Part shown: positions 29,499 through 38,914 of the stretch, one piece after another | Position numbering within the stretch: position 1 is the first letter of the stretch | Layout: the number at the start of each line of letters is the position of its first letter | Source: Alphaproteobacteria bacterium | GTDB taxonomy: Bacteria > Pseudomonadota > Alphaproteobacteria > CALKHQ01 | Length of the DNA stretch: 64,000 nt | Assembly (NCBI GenBank): GCA_965227515.1 | Contig: CBDDFZ010000001.1 | Location: 1,984,001-2,048,000 of the forward strand | Direction of reading: 5' to 3' | Position numbers and translations under genes: made by a program | The notes under the pieces: generated by a model | Told to the model about the DNA's origin: nothing | Databases searched by the model: none | Seen by the model: only the letters and a program-made list of their open reading frames with translations

Positions 29499-30020
29499 CT
29501 ACCCGTTCGACGGTGGCGGCGCCTGGGCCGCATTGCGGGCCAGGAAGCGTTCGACCAGCGCCATCAGCAGGGCCGACAGCACGAACGTCATGTGGATGAT
29601 CACCAGCCACAGCAGCTTGTCGTTGGCGGTTTCGTTCACGTTCATGAAGGCCTTCAGCAAGTGCACCGAGGATATGGCCACGATGGACGAGGCGACCTTG
29701 AGCTTAAGCGTGCCGGAATCGAGCTTGCCGACCCAGGACAGCCGCTCCTCGCCATCCTCCAGTTCGATGCGCGAGACGAAGTTCTCGTAGCCGGAGATGA
29801 TCACCATCACCACCAGGCTGCCGACCAGCGCCAGGTCGATCAGCGACAGCGCCGCCAGGATCGCGTTCTTCTCGCTCAGCTCCAGCAGGGTCGGGATCAG
29901 GTGGACCAGATCGGCGACGAACACCACCGTCAGCACGATCAGCAGGATGGCCAGCCCCAGGTACATCGGCACCAGCAGCCAGCGGCTGTGGTAGAGGATG
30001 CGCTCGATCGTCCGTTCCAA
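29499..30020 (-). CDS. UPF0114/YqhA (TIGR00645-like) membrane protein
   Basis: SRWLLVPMYLGL, LIDL.L...L..MV..SGYENFVS, LKLKV..SIVAISS.HLL. Confidence 0.88.
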   Translation of the reverse strand: MERTIERILYHSRWLLVPMYLGLAILLIVLTVVFVADLVHLIPTLLELSEKNAILAALSLIDLALVGSLVVMVIISGYENFVSRIELEDGEERLSWVGKLDSGTLKLKVASSIVAISSVHLLKAFMNVNETANDKLLWLVIIHMTFVLSALLMALVERFLARNAAQAPPPSNG

Positions 30021-30180
30021 GGCGGGTCGACCTCTCGATTTTCGCTTGCGAGTCGGGCGGGCGGTTCAAGCCCCCATAGCCGATTTCGCGGCGCCGGGCA
30101 AAAGCCCGCGTGCCTGATGTCGCGGCGCCGGCGGATACGCGACGGGCGGCAAGCCGGCAGCGGAGGCCACCATCCCCTCT

Positions 30181-30264
30181 CGTCATTGCGAGGAGTGCTC
30201 ATACGAAGGGCGCGACGCACCATTCCAAGCCGTCATGCCCGCACAGATCAGGTCCGCGCATGAC
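30181..30264. repeat. Composite palindromic repeats (CGTCATTGCGAGGAG.. plus CGTCATGCCCG..CATGACG)
   Basis: CGTCATTGCGAGGAG also at 58299; second unit is an internally shortened member of the 1991 family. Confidence 0.65.
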
Positions 30265-30312
30265 GTCATATGTTTTGGCGTTGAGTAATTGCGGGCTGTG
30301 CCAGTGTGGGCC

Positions 30313-31722
30313 CTAACCGCCCCAGAGTGCGGTTCCGGGATGGAACTGCGACCAGGCGAACCAGAACGCCTGGTGGCTGGCGATGTCGGAGCCGTCCGCA
30401 TCCACCGCCCTGATCCCGCCGGCATCGAGCACCAGGCGGACGTTCTCGAACGCGACCGCGTTGCCGTTGCTCAGCGCGACGAAGGCGGTGCTGCGCGGGA
30501 ACGCCACCGGGGTGCCGGACGCCGTGATGACGCCGATAATGTCCTCGTGCACTGGCAGGCGCGGGTCGACATCGCCGACCGGGAAGATCGGGCCATCGGC
30601 GTCGCGGTTGTTGCGGAAGTCGAAGTCGCGGCCCAGCGCCAGCGCCTCGACCAGCACGGTGGTCTCCGGGTAGGCCTCCTTCCAGCGGCCCCATTCAGTG
30701 GTGATGACGGTGACCGGCTCCAGCTGCAGGCCGATCTCCGCCAGCGGCCCGGTCACCGCGCGGCCCAGGAACGTGTCGAACACCGAATAGGTGGTGATGT
30801 CGTACATCACCTTGTTGGAGCGGATGAGCAGGCCCGACGTGCGCAGCACCGGCCGCGCAACGCCTGCGGGCATGCGGTCGGTGAAATAAGCCTGCGCCGC
30901 ACCGCACAAGGTGCAGTACGGAATGCCCAGGTCGCGCCCGCCCAGCGTGTCGTTGACCATCTCGCGCACTTCCATGATGCGGCGCGGATAGGCCCGGTAC
31001 TCGCCGTTCACCTCGATGCCGAAGACGATGGCGTCGTCGGCGAGCCAGGTGGCGTCCGCCGCGCTGGACACCTCCGGGTTGTCGGCCGCTGGGATACAGT
31101 TGCACGGCTCATCCGTGGTGTCGTAAGGGCGGTCGTCGATCAGCACGCCGCCCCAGGACACCAGCCGCCAGTCGATGTCGCCCTCGACGAAGATCCGGTC
31201 CCAGCCCGGCACGATGGTGGTGAAGATGGTGCGTTTGATACGCAGGTAGTCGGGCGGTGCCGGGATGTCCCAGGCGATCAGGTGGTCGGTGAGCGTGCCC
31301 CACGGGTTCTCGTTCGACAGGTCCTTGCCCAGCAGGTCGGACGCGGCGGCGACCAGCCGCTCATTCAGGGGGCGCCCGGAGGTGAAGCGCATCAGATCGC
31401 TGATGATCCAGGCCAGGCGCGGGTCGCGGGACGCCCCGACGACCTCGAGGGCCGCAACCTGTTCCGGGCCCCAGTTGCCCTGCACCATGCTGTCGATGAA
31501 GGCCGTCTTGACGGCAGCCTCAACCTCGGCCGGCAGCGGGCCGTCCGGTATGGCGGGCGGGTGCCCGTATGTCTCGATCACGTAGGCGGGCAGCGTGTCC
31601 TGAGCACGCAGGGCGGCGGACCAGAACAGGCTTAGCAACAGCAGCGGCACGCCCAAGAACATGCGGATTTGAAGCCCGAGCATCGCTGTCATGTCCCCCA
31701 CCTTGTCCGTGCCGATTGCCAA
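30313..31722 (-). CDS. DUF3179-domain protein (probably exported)
   Basis: WGGV..D..IPA, GE.RAYP..I...REMVND, YCTLCG, SGLL..SNKVMYD, FWFAW; true start may be 31692-31662. Confidence 0.8.
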   Translation of the reverse strand: MAIGTDKVGDMTAMLGLQIRMFLGVPLLLLSLFWSAALRAQDTLPAYVIETYGHPPAIPDGPLPAEVEAAVKTAFIDSMVQGNWGPEQVAALEVVGASRDPRLAWIISDLMRFTSGRPLNERLVAAASDLLGKDLSNENPWGTLTDHLIAWDIPAPPDYLRIKRTIFTTIVPGWDRIFVEGDIDWRLVSWGGVLIDDRPYDTTDEPCNCIPAADNPEVSSAADATWLADDAIVFGIEVNGEYRAYPRRIMEVREMVNDTLGGRDLGIPYCTLCGAAQAYFTDRMPAGVARPVLRTSGLLIRSNKVMYDITTYSVFDTFLGRAVTGPLAEIGLQLEPVTVITTEWGRWKEAYPETTVLVEALALGRDFDFRNNRDADGPIFPVGDVDPRLPVHEDIIGVITASGTPVAFPRSTAFVALSNGNAVAFENVRLVLDAGGIRAVDADGSDIASHQAFWFAWSQFHPGTALWGG

Positions 31723-32125
31723 GCTGCTCCCAACACACTCGGCCTTGATGCTCCCCGCGGCCAGTCACGATTGCTCAGCAAGCGGTGAGAGTGGCATCAG
31801 CAGGAACGCGGCGCTCGCAAGGCATGGTTGCGTGTTCCTATCTTGTCATTACCTGTTACGATGTGCGTTCTAATAGTCGGCGAGCGATATTGGCCCTTAG
31901 CCAAGCTGGTCTCTGTTGAGGCCGAGACCGGTATGTACAAGGTCATCGACTTCCTCCTCGCACAGGTGATGTGTGCGGGGCGAAAGAGTTGGAGGGAGAG
32001 GCGAGTTGCACACTTCTCAATATGCTTGCTGTGCATGCCAAATCGTGAGTGCCATAACCAAAGTACAACAGTTCGCCAAATGGCCTTTGGTGGTGTTTAC
32101 AAACCCACGAAGACTTCTTGACAAT

Positions 32126-32953
32126 ATGATCAGACCGACCAGTTTGCTGTTGGTTCCATCACTATTAAATTCTGCCGTTCTTGAGCCTGCTCAAGCAGAT
32201 GATTTTACTACACGAGGCACCAATTTTTTTGTATCTTTATATCATGAACAACGAAATTGGATTCGTTTAGAAACATTGGCTAAATTTATCTACTTTATTG
32301 GTTTTCCAAATGACGAAGATAGTCTTGATGAAGGAGGCATTAATCATGATGCAAATTCAGTTTTTTATCGTACGTGGACTGATGATAGAATAGGTGTCGC
32401 GATACATTCTGAGACGCCTGATAATACGGAATTCGTAGCGATACAACTATTAAAGAGCTTGAGTGTTGGCCAGATTCCACTGATTGAACCATCTGATCCG
32501 ATTGATTTTCTTGTTATTGCTTTGGATGTTATGCCTGCAACGCCCGATCAAAATTCCAGCTACGCAAGAATAGCAGAACAATTTTTCGGCCAAGAAATCA
32601 ACCAAATTATTAAGCCACCTCTTGATCCAATCTGTAATTCAGCAGTTTTGATCTCTCCAAATGACAATCATATATTTCGTGCCATGTTTTTTTATGCCAA
32701 AAATGAGACACATGACCACATTCTGAGCTGTCTATATGCAAACGCAGTTACACTGTTCGGTATGAATTCAAGTAATATTGCAGGTTTTGTCTTTGATGCG
32801 CAAATCACCCGAATATTTTCTGCATATCTTCGGCTGGCAATGATGTACATATACCAAGCAGAAAGTGAGCAGACAGGCAGGGAATATACATACAATCGGA
32901 TCTTCCGCGATCTCCAGCAACTTTTTCTCGAAGGGGAGATGAGCAGTGAGTAA
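32126..32953 (+). CDS. AT-rich orphan exported protein (weak DUF2927-like resemblance)
   Basis: Long ORF in clearly AT-rich DNA; signal-peptide-like MIRPTSLLLVPSLL..AQA-D; start uncertain. Confidence 0.6.
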   Translation: MIRPTSLLLVPSLLNSAVLEPAQADDFTTRGTNFFVSLYHEQRNWIRLETLAKFIYFIGFPNDEDSLDEGGINHDANSVFYRTWTDDRIGVAIHSETPDNTEFVAIQLLKSLSVGQIPLIEPSDPIDFLVIALDVMPATPDQNSSYARIAEQFFGQEINQIIKPPLDPICNSAVLISPNDNHIFRAMFFYAKNETHDHILSCLYANAVTLFGMNSSNIAGFVFDAQITRIFSAYLRLAMMYIYQAESEQTGREYTYNRIFRDLQQLFLEGEMSSE

Positions 32954-32973
32954 TGGGTTGCGGTGGGGTTACA

Positions 32974-33777
32974 GTGACAGTTTACTAAATACCAGCGGTG
33001 TGCCAAGTTCGGCGTATGGCACGCATCGCACGACTGGTCGTTCCCGGCCTGCCCCACCACGTCACGCAGCGCGGCAATCGCGGCGAGCAGACGTTCTTCT
33101 CGGACGATGACTACACCCTCTACAAGACCCTGCTGGCGGAGGCCGCCAGGAACGCTGGCGCGGAGGTCTGGGCCTATTGCCTGATGCCCAATCACGCGCA
33201 CGTCGTCGTCGTGCCGCAGGACGAGGACGGGTTGCGCAAGACCTTCGCCGACGCCCACCGCCGCTACACCAGGCACATCAATGCCCGACTGGGGGTGACC
33301 GGCCATATGTGGCAGGGCCGCTTCGGCTCGATCGCCATGGACGATGGGTATCTGGCCCATGCCGTGCGCTACATTTCGCTGGCCCCGGTACGCGAGAAAC
33401 TGGTCAAGCGCGCGGACAAATGGCGCTGGTCGAGCGTTGCCGCGCATCTGGCGGGCCGCGACGACGACCTTGTCACCGTCGCCCCGGTTCTGGAGCGGGT
33501 CGGCGACTTCGCGCATTTCCTCGATCAGAAGACAAATGATGCGGAGGCGGACGCATTCGCGGCCCTCAGGAAGTCGGAAACGTCCGGCCGCCCGCTGGGC
33601 GATGCCGACTTCATCGCCGGCCTGGAGCGGCGGACCGGCCGTACCTTGCAGGCTCAAAAGCGCGGCCCCAAGCCGAAGCGGCGCAACTGAATATTTCGGT
33701 GACAGTTTACTAAATACGATTGGGTCAGCGTGCGATCGGTACGGTGGTGCTGGTATTTAGTAAACTGTCACAGAAAT
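32974..33777 (+). mobile_element. RAYT/Y1 transposase module bounded by GTGACAGTTTACTAAATAC repeats
   Basis: 23-bp perfect inverted repeat 32974-32996 / 33749-33771; third 19-bp direct copy at 33699-33717 forms a 3' hairpin doublet. Confidence 0.8.
33016..33690 (+). CDS. REP-associated tyrosine (Y1 HUH) transposase-like protein
   Basis: MAR.AR..VPG.PHHVTQRGN, YCLMPNHAH (HUH), WQGRF, RYI..P, WRWSS, KRGPK tail. Confidence 0.9.
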   Translation: MARIARLVVPGLPHHVTQRGNRGEQTFFSDDDYTLYKTLLAEAARNAGAEVWAYCLMPNHAHVVVVPQDEDGLRKTFADAHRRYTRHINARLGVTGHMWQGRFGSIAMDDGYLAHAVRYISLAPVREKLVKRADKWRWSSVAAHLAGRDDDLVTVAPVLERVGDFAHFLDQKTNDAEADAFAALRKSETSGRPLGDADFIAGLERRTGRTLQAQKRGPKPKRRN

Positions 33778-33787
33778 GCCACCGAAA

Positions 33788-34663
33788 TTAGGGCCACTTC
33801 ACCTCGGGCGGCAGCGACATCAGGATCGCCTCGGTGTTGCCGCCGGTCATCAGGCCGAACTTGGTGCCGCGGTCGTGGATCAGGTTGAACTCGGCATAGC
33901 GGCCGCGCTTTACCAGCAGCGCCTCGCGCTGTTCGGGCGTCCAGGTCTCGTGCAAGTGGCGGCGCGCGACGCGGGGATAGACGTCCAGGAACGCCTCGCC
34001 GACCGCGCGGGTAAACGCGAAGTCGGCGTCCCAGTCGCCTGACGCCAGATTGTCGTAGAAGATGCCGCCGACGCCGCGCGGCTCGTCCCGGTGCGGCAGG
34101 AAGAAATAGCGGTCGCACCACGCCTTGTATTCGTCGTAGTAGCCGGGGTCGGCGCTGTCGCACGCCTGCTTCATCGCGGCATGGAAGGTGGCGGTGTCAT
34201 CGTCGTCGGGGAAGGTCGGCGTCAGGTCCGCACCACCGCCGAACCAGGCGGTCGAGGTGACGATGTGGCGGGTGTTCATGTGCACCGCCGGCACCAGTGG
34301 CGAGCACATATGGGCGACCAGCGAGATGCCGCTGGCCCAGAACTTGCCATCGCCGGCCGCCCCGGTGATCTGGCTGCGGAACTGCTCGGAGAAGGTGCCG
34401 TGGACGGTGGAGACGTTGACGCCAACCTTCTCGAACACCCGCCCGCGCATGATCGACATCACGCCGCCGCCGCCGTCCGGCACCGTGTCGTCCGGGCGCT
34501 GCCAAGCCTTGCGCTCGAAGCGGCCGGCGGGCTTGTCGCTTTCCGTGAGCTCGTCCTCCAGCGCCTCGAACGCGGCGCAGATGCGGTCGCGCAGGCTCTC
34601 GAACCATTTGCGCGCGGTTTCCTTGCGGGTCTCGGTCACGTCGTTCGCTTCGGTATCGGTCAT
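33788..34663 (-). CDS. hemF: Oxygen-dependent coproporphyrinogen III oxidase
   Basis: [44 protein letters not shown]. Confidence 0.97.
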   Translation of the reverse strand: MTDTEANDVTETRKETARKWFESLRDRICAAFEALEDELTESDKPAGRFERKAWQRPDDTVPDGGGGVMSIMRGRVFEKVGVNVSTVHGTFSEQFRSQITGAAGDGKFWASGISLVAHMCSPLVPAVHMNTRHIVTSTAWFGGGADLTPTFPDDDDTATFHAAMKQACDSADPGYYDEYKAWCDRYFFLPHRDEPRGVGGIFYDNLASGDWDADFAFTRAVGEAFLDVYPRVARRHLHETWTPEQREALLVKRGRYAEFNLIHDRGTKFGLMTGGNTEAILMSLPPEVKWP

Positions 34664-35136
34664 GCGTCCTCGCCATCCATGCGCGGGAACCCGGCTGTCT
34701 GGCGCAGCGCCTCGCCAAGCACGATGGCGGCGGCCGTCACCACGTTCAGCGAGCGGCCGGCGATCGGCACCTTCACCGCGAGGTCGGCGGCGTCGTGCAC
34801 CGCGTCCGGCACGCCGGCGGATTCCCGTCCCAGCAGCAACGTATCGCGCCCGTCATAGCCAACGTCGAGGTGACCGGTTGTCGCTTTGGTGGTGAGCAGG
34901 ACCAGCCGCCGCCCGTCGGCCCGCGCCTTGGCCAGGAAGGAGTCCCACGAGGTGTGGCGCGCCACCTGGGCAAGTTCGCGATAGTCCAGGCCCGCGCGCC
35001 GCAGCCGCCGGTCGTCCCACACGAAACCGCAGGGATCGATGATGTCGACCGGCAGCGCCAGATTGGCCGCCAGCCGCAGGATGGCGCCTGCGTTCTGCGG
35101 AATGTCGGGCTCGAAAAGGGCAAGGCGCAGCGACAT
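34660..35136 (-). CDS. trmL: tRNA (cytidine/uridine-34 2'-O)-methyltransferase
   Basis: [31 protein letters not shown] motifs; overlaps the hemF start. Confidence 0.92.
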   Translation of the reverse strand: MSLRLALFEPDIPQNAGAILRLAANLALPVDIIDPCGFVWDDRRLRRAGLDYRELAQVARHTSWDSFLAKARADGRRLVLLTTKATTGHLDVGYDGRDTLLLGRESAGVPDAVHDAADLAVKVPIAGRSLNVVTAAAIVLGEALRQTAGFPRMDGEDA

Positions 35137-35148
35137 GCGCCTCGCATA

Positions 35149-36615
35149 TTATGCGAACGGATCGGCGTCCAGCACGGTCGCCACGTACATGGCGCTGTCG
35201 AGCCCGTACGCGATGGCTTCCGCATTCGCGTCCTGCAGCACCACGGGCAGAAGCTCGCCGGTGTCCAGCCGCAGCAGGATCTTGCCGTCTGCCTTGAACG
35301 CGATCAGGCTCTCGCTGTGGACGGCGCCGCCCTCGCCAAAGTAGGTGTCGAGCAGGATGATGTCGCCGTCGAAATCGCGGATGTAGTCGATCGCGCTGTC
35401 GTTGGAGATGTGGAACCGGTCGACGCCGAGCCCGCCCCAAACCTGGTCGGTGCCCGCGCTGAGGAAGACGTCGTCGTCGCCCGCGCCGGCCAGCACCATG
35501 TCGTTGCCGCCGCCGCCGTTCAGGTGGTCGGCCGCGCCGTAGACCGCATAGGCCTGGTTCCATTCCTTGTCGTCGCCGAAGATCAGATCGGCGCCGTCGC
35601 CGCCCTCGATGCTGTCCTCGCCCAGGCCGCCAACCAGCTCGTCGGCATCGCTGGAGCCATACAGCCGGTCGTTGTCCGCACCGCCGTTGAGCTTGTCGCC
35701 GCCGCCGTCGGCATAGAGCCGGTCGTCGCCGTCGCCGCCACTCAGTACGTCGGCGTAGGTGTCCCCGTCGTCATGGCGAGTCATACCGGCGACCAGATCG
35801 TCATTGCCGGCGCGGCCGATGATGCTATCGGCACCGACTTGCCCGAACAGGAAGTCCACGCCCTGACCACCGTCGATGAAGTCGTCGCCGTCATGGCCGA
35901 ACACATGGTCGTCGCCATAGCCGCCGAGCAGCACATCGCCGAAATCGCTGCCTTCCACGATGTCGCTGTCGCCGCCGCCGTCCAGATAACAGGCCGCATC
36001 CGAGCGGCCTTGCAGGTGGTCGTTGCCCATGTCGCCGTACATGGTGTTGGACCCATGATAGTCGCTGAGGAAGTCGTCGCCCCAGCCGCCGCGCATGATG
36101 TCGTCGCCCTCGGCGCCGAACACCCGGTCGTTGCCGTCGCCGCCCAGCAGCTCGTCGTTGCCGTGGCCGCCGTTCAGGGCGTCGTCGCCGTCGCCGCCCT
36201 CCAGGTGGTCGTCGCCGTCGTTGCCGTTCAGCGTGTCATCGTCGTCGCCGCCATAGATGAAGTCGTTGCCGTTGCCGCCGATCAGCACGTCGTTGCCGGC
36301 GCGGCCCAGCAGGATGTCGTTGCCGTCGCCGCCTTCCACCCGGTCGCTTCCGGCTCCGCCGTCGACGATGTCGTTGCCGCCGCCGCCGTAGAGCCGGTCG
36401 ACGCCACCGCCGCCGGTGATCAGGTCATTGCCGTCATGGCCGTGGATCTCGTCCCAATAGTCGGTGCCTTCCAGCACGTCGCTGTCATCGGTGCCGACGA
36501 TGGTGTTGGCCAACGCATGCCAGACGGTTTCGCTGTCGAAGGCCGGTTCGAAGATCGTGCCGGTGTCGATGTTCTGGTCCAGGCCGAGGCCGCCAGGAAG
36601 GGTGTCGAGGGGCAT
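35149..36615 (-). CDS. RTX (hemolysin-type Ca-binding) repeat protein
   Basis: Many GGxGxDxLx nonapeptides; RBS AGGAGG. Confidence 0.9.
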   Translation of the reverse strand: MPLDTLPGGLGLDQNIDTGTIFEPAFDSETVWHALANTIVGTDDSDVLEGTDYWDEIHGHDGNDLITGGGGVDRLYGGGGNDIVDGGAGSDRVEGGDGNDILLGRAGNDVLIGGNGNDFIYGGDDDDTLNGNDGDDHLEGGDGDDALNGGHGNDELLGGDGNDRVFGAEGDDIMRGGWGDDFLSDYHGSNTMYGDMGNDHLQGRSDAACYLDGGGDSDIVEGSDFGDVLLGGYGDDHVFGHDGDDFIDGGQGVDFLFGQVGADSIIGRAGNDDLVAGMTRHDDGDTYADVLSGGDGDDRLYADGGGDKLNGGADNDRLYGSSDADELVGGLGEDSIEGGDGADLIFGDDKEWNQAYAVYGAADHLNGGGGNDMVLAGAGDDDVFLSAGTDQVWGGLGVDRFHISNDSAIDYIRDFDGDIILLDTYFGEGGAVHSESLIAFKADGKILLRLDTGELLPVVLQDANAEAIAYGLDSAMYVATVLDADPFA

Positions 36616-36846
36616 GGAGTGCCTCCTGAATTTGAGAAGTTATGGGGCTGTAAGGGGTGCTTCCGGCGCGTCAGGCCATCGTCGGGCTGGCGTCCGGGTC
36701 GAACCCGCCCTCGACCGGGGGCGTCATGTCTATGCCAAGGTCAATGCCGCTCGCCGCATGCAACATCGTGCCACTCCCACCTTGTGATGTAGATCACAGG
36801 GTGGGTCGACATGGGGCGGCGCCAGGTTCAATCTGCGCGGCGAATC

Positions 36847-38808
36847 ATGGCCGATGGATCGAGCAACACTGAGCACCAGCGCACCGGCCTAGCCGGGCGG
36901 CTGCCGCTGGGCGTGTTCCTGGCGATTGCGCTGGCGCTGGCGATCGTGGTGTCCACCGGGGCCAGCCTCTACTACATCGTCGCCACCGCCACCGAGGGCA
37001 CCGGCGACCTGATCGCGCGCACCGGCCAGCTGGTGCTGGCGGAGAAGACCGCGCGGGTGCGCGGCGTGCTCGAACGCGTCGAGGCGGTGGCCGCCGCCGG
37101 TGCCGAGATGATCGGCGACACGCGGCCGAATGAGATCGACGACGCGGTGTTCGACGCGCTGCTGGGCACGCCTGATATCGCCATGGCGGCGATCATCTCG
37201 CCGGATGGTCGACGGCTGTTTGCGGCCACGCGTCAGGGCCGCTCCGAGCACAATGTGGACCTGGGGCCGGCCCTGCCGTCTGACGGATGGTACGGCCCGA
37301 CGACCCCGCCCGACGTGGCACTGGACGCGCCCATCTTCAGCTACATGATGACGCTGGACGGTGGCGGCCGGCTGGCGCTGGGCCTCGACACCCGCGCGCT
37401 GGCCGACGAACTGCGCGGCTCGCCGGTGAACCTGCTGTCGACTGCCTTCGTGCTCTATGGCCAGGACTATGTAGTGGCGGTGTCCACCGACCCGCCCGCG
37501 CCGGCATACGAGTTGCGCCCCTTGGCGGAAAGCGGCGACCCGGTGATCCCCGGCGTGTTCGCGCCGTCGCCGGAGCGCCGGCCGATCCCATCGCCGGTCA
37601 ATGCCTATCTGGAGATCGGGCAGGGCATGCCCGGCATGTTCGCCGTGTTCACTGGCACCCTCGGCGATGCGGGCCTCAGCCTGCCGCCACCTGAGGGTGC
37701 ACCGGGTCAGGGGCCGCCGCCTCCAGGGCAGGGACCACCAGGGCAGGGGCCGCCACCTCTAGGGCAGGGACCGCCCGCTCCGGGGCAGGGCCCGCCTCCG
37801 CAGGGACAACCGGGACAAGGCCAACCGGGGCAGGGCCCGCCGCCTGCCGGCAACCAGGGTGCGGGCGGCGGTACGCAGCCGCAGGACATCACCGTCGGCA
37901 TCTACTTCGAGGCGAGCGTGCTCGGCGCACCGATGGACGACGTGGTCACCGCGTTGCTCATATCGGGCGGCGTGCTGGTCGTCGTGGTGCTGGGCGCGTT
38001 CTGGCTCGGACGGCGCATCGGACGGCCGATCCGCGACCTGGCGAGTGCCGCCGACAGCATCCGCACGCTCTCGGTCGAACGGACCGATGCCCTGCCGCGT
38101 TCCGTCTTCCGCGAAGTGGACACCGCCAACCAGGCGTTCAACGCGGCGGTCAGCGGGCTCAGCGCGTTCGCGCGTTATGTGCCGCGCGATCTTGTGCTGC
38201 GGCTGCTGCGGCTCGGCGTGTCCAGCGCCACCCGCTCGGAAATGCGCGAGGTCTCGGTACTGTTCACCGACATCGCCGGCTACTCGACCGCGGCCGAGGG
38301 CATGACGGCGGAACAGACGGCGGCCTTCCTGAACACACACTTCGAGCTGTTGAACCGTTGTACGGCGGACGAGGGCGGCACGGTCGACAAGTTCATCGGC
38401 GACAGCCTGATGGCGTTCTGGGGTGCGCCGGAGGACCAACCCGACCACGCGGTGCGCGCGGCCCGCGCCGCCATCGCCATGGCGCGCGCGTTCCGCGAGG
38501 ACGCGGACATGCAGGCGTCGGGCGTGCGCCTGCGCATCGGCCTTCACACCGGCGAGGTGCTGGTCGGCAACATCGGGGCCGCCACCCGCACCAGCTACAC
38601 CGTGATCGGCGACCCGGTGAACGTGGCGGCCAGGCTGGAGCAACTCGGCAAGCAGGTCGACGATGCGGCCGACGTCATCATCCTTATCAGCCAAGAAACA
38701 AATGCGTTGTTGCCGGAAGAACTGCGCGGCAGCCACGTGGGCCAATACACGCTGAAAGGCCGCGCCGCGCCGACCGAGGTCTACCGCCTGGACGCCCGCA
38801 AACCCTGA
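36847..38808 (+). CDS. Membrane class III adenylate/guanylate cyclase with HAMP domain
   Basis: Two TM segments, HAMP, LFTDIAGYS, VDKFIGDSLMA, RIGLHTG, IGDPVNVAARLE, LKGR. Confidence 0.92.
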   Translation: MADGSSNTEHQRTGLAGRLPLGVFLAIALALAIVVSTGASLYYIVATATEGTGDLIARTGQLVLAEKTARVRGVLERVEAVAAAGAEMIGDTRPNEIDDAVFDALLGTPDIAMAAIISPDGRRLFAATRQGRSEHNVDLGPALPSDGWYGPTTPPDVALDAPIFSYMMTLDGGGRLALGLDTRALADELRGSPVNLLSTAFVLYGQDYVVAVSTDPPAPAYELRPLAESGDPVIPGVFAPSPERRPIPSPVNAYLEIGQGMPGMFAVFTGTLGDAGLSLPPPEGAPGQGPPPPGQGPPGQGPPPLGQGPPAPGQGPPPQGQPGQGQPGQGPPPAGNQGAGGGTQPQDITVGIYFEASVLGAPMDDVVTALLISGGVLVVVVLGAFWLGRRIGRPIRDLASAADSIRTLSVERTDALPRSVFREVDTANQAFNAAVSGLSAFARYVPRDLVLRLLRLGVSSATRSEMREVSVLFTDIAGYSTAAEGMTAEQTAAFLNTHFELLNRCTADEGGTVDKFIGDSLMAFWGAPEDQPDHAVRAARAAIAMARAFREDADMQASGVRLRIGLHTGEVLVGNIGAATRTSYTVIGDPVNVAARLEQLGKQVDDAADVIILISQETNALLPEELRGSHVGQYTLKGRAAPTEVYRLDARKP

Positions 38809-38914
38809 TTTGTGACAATCGGGTGACGCAGGCCGCGATTGACGGGCCGGTGCGCGGGCCGTCAAACTGCCGGTCAAGGCCCGATCAAGGGCGATCAGAA
38901 CAAGGGAGCGAAAC

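Noticed and set aside
33016-33690. This RAYT as the mobiliser of the GTAG REPs
   Set aside because: It is flanked by a different repeat (GTGACAGTTTACTAAATAC) and no GTAG REP is adjacent
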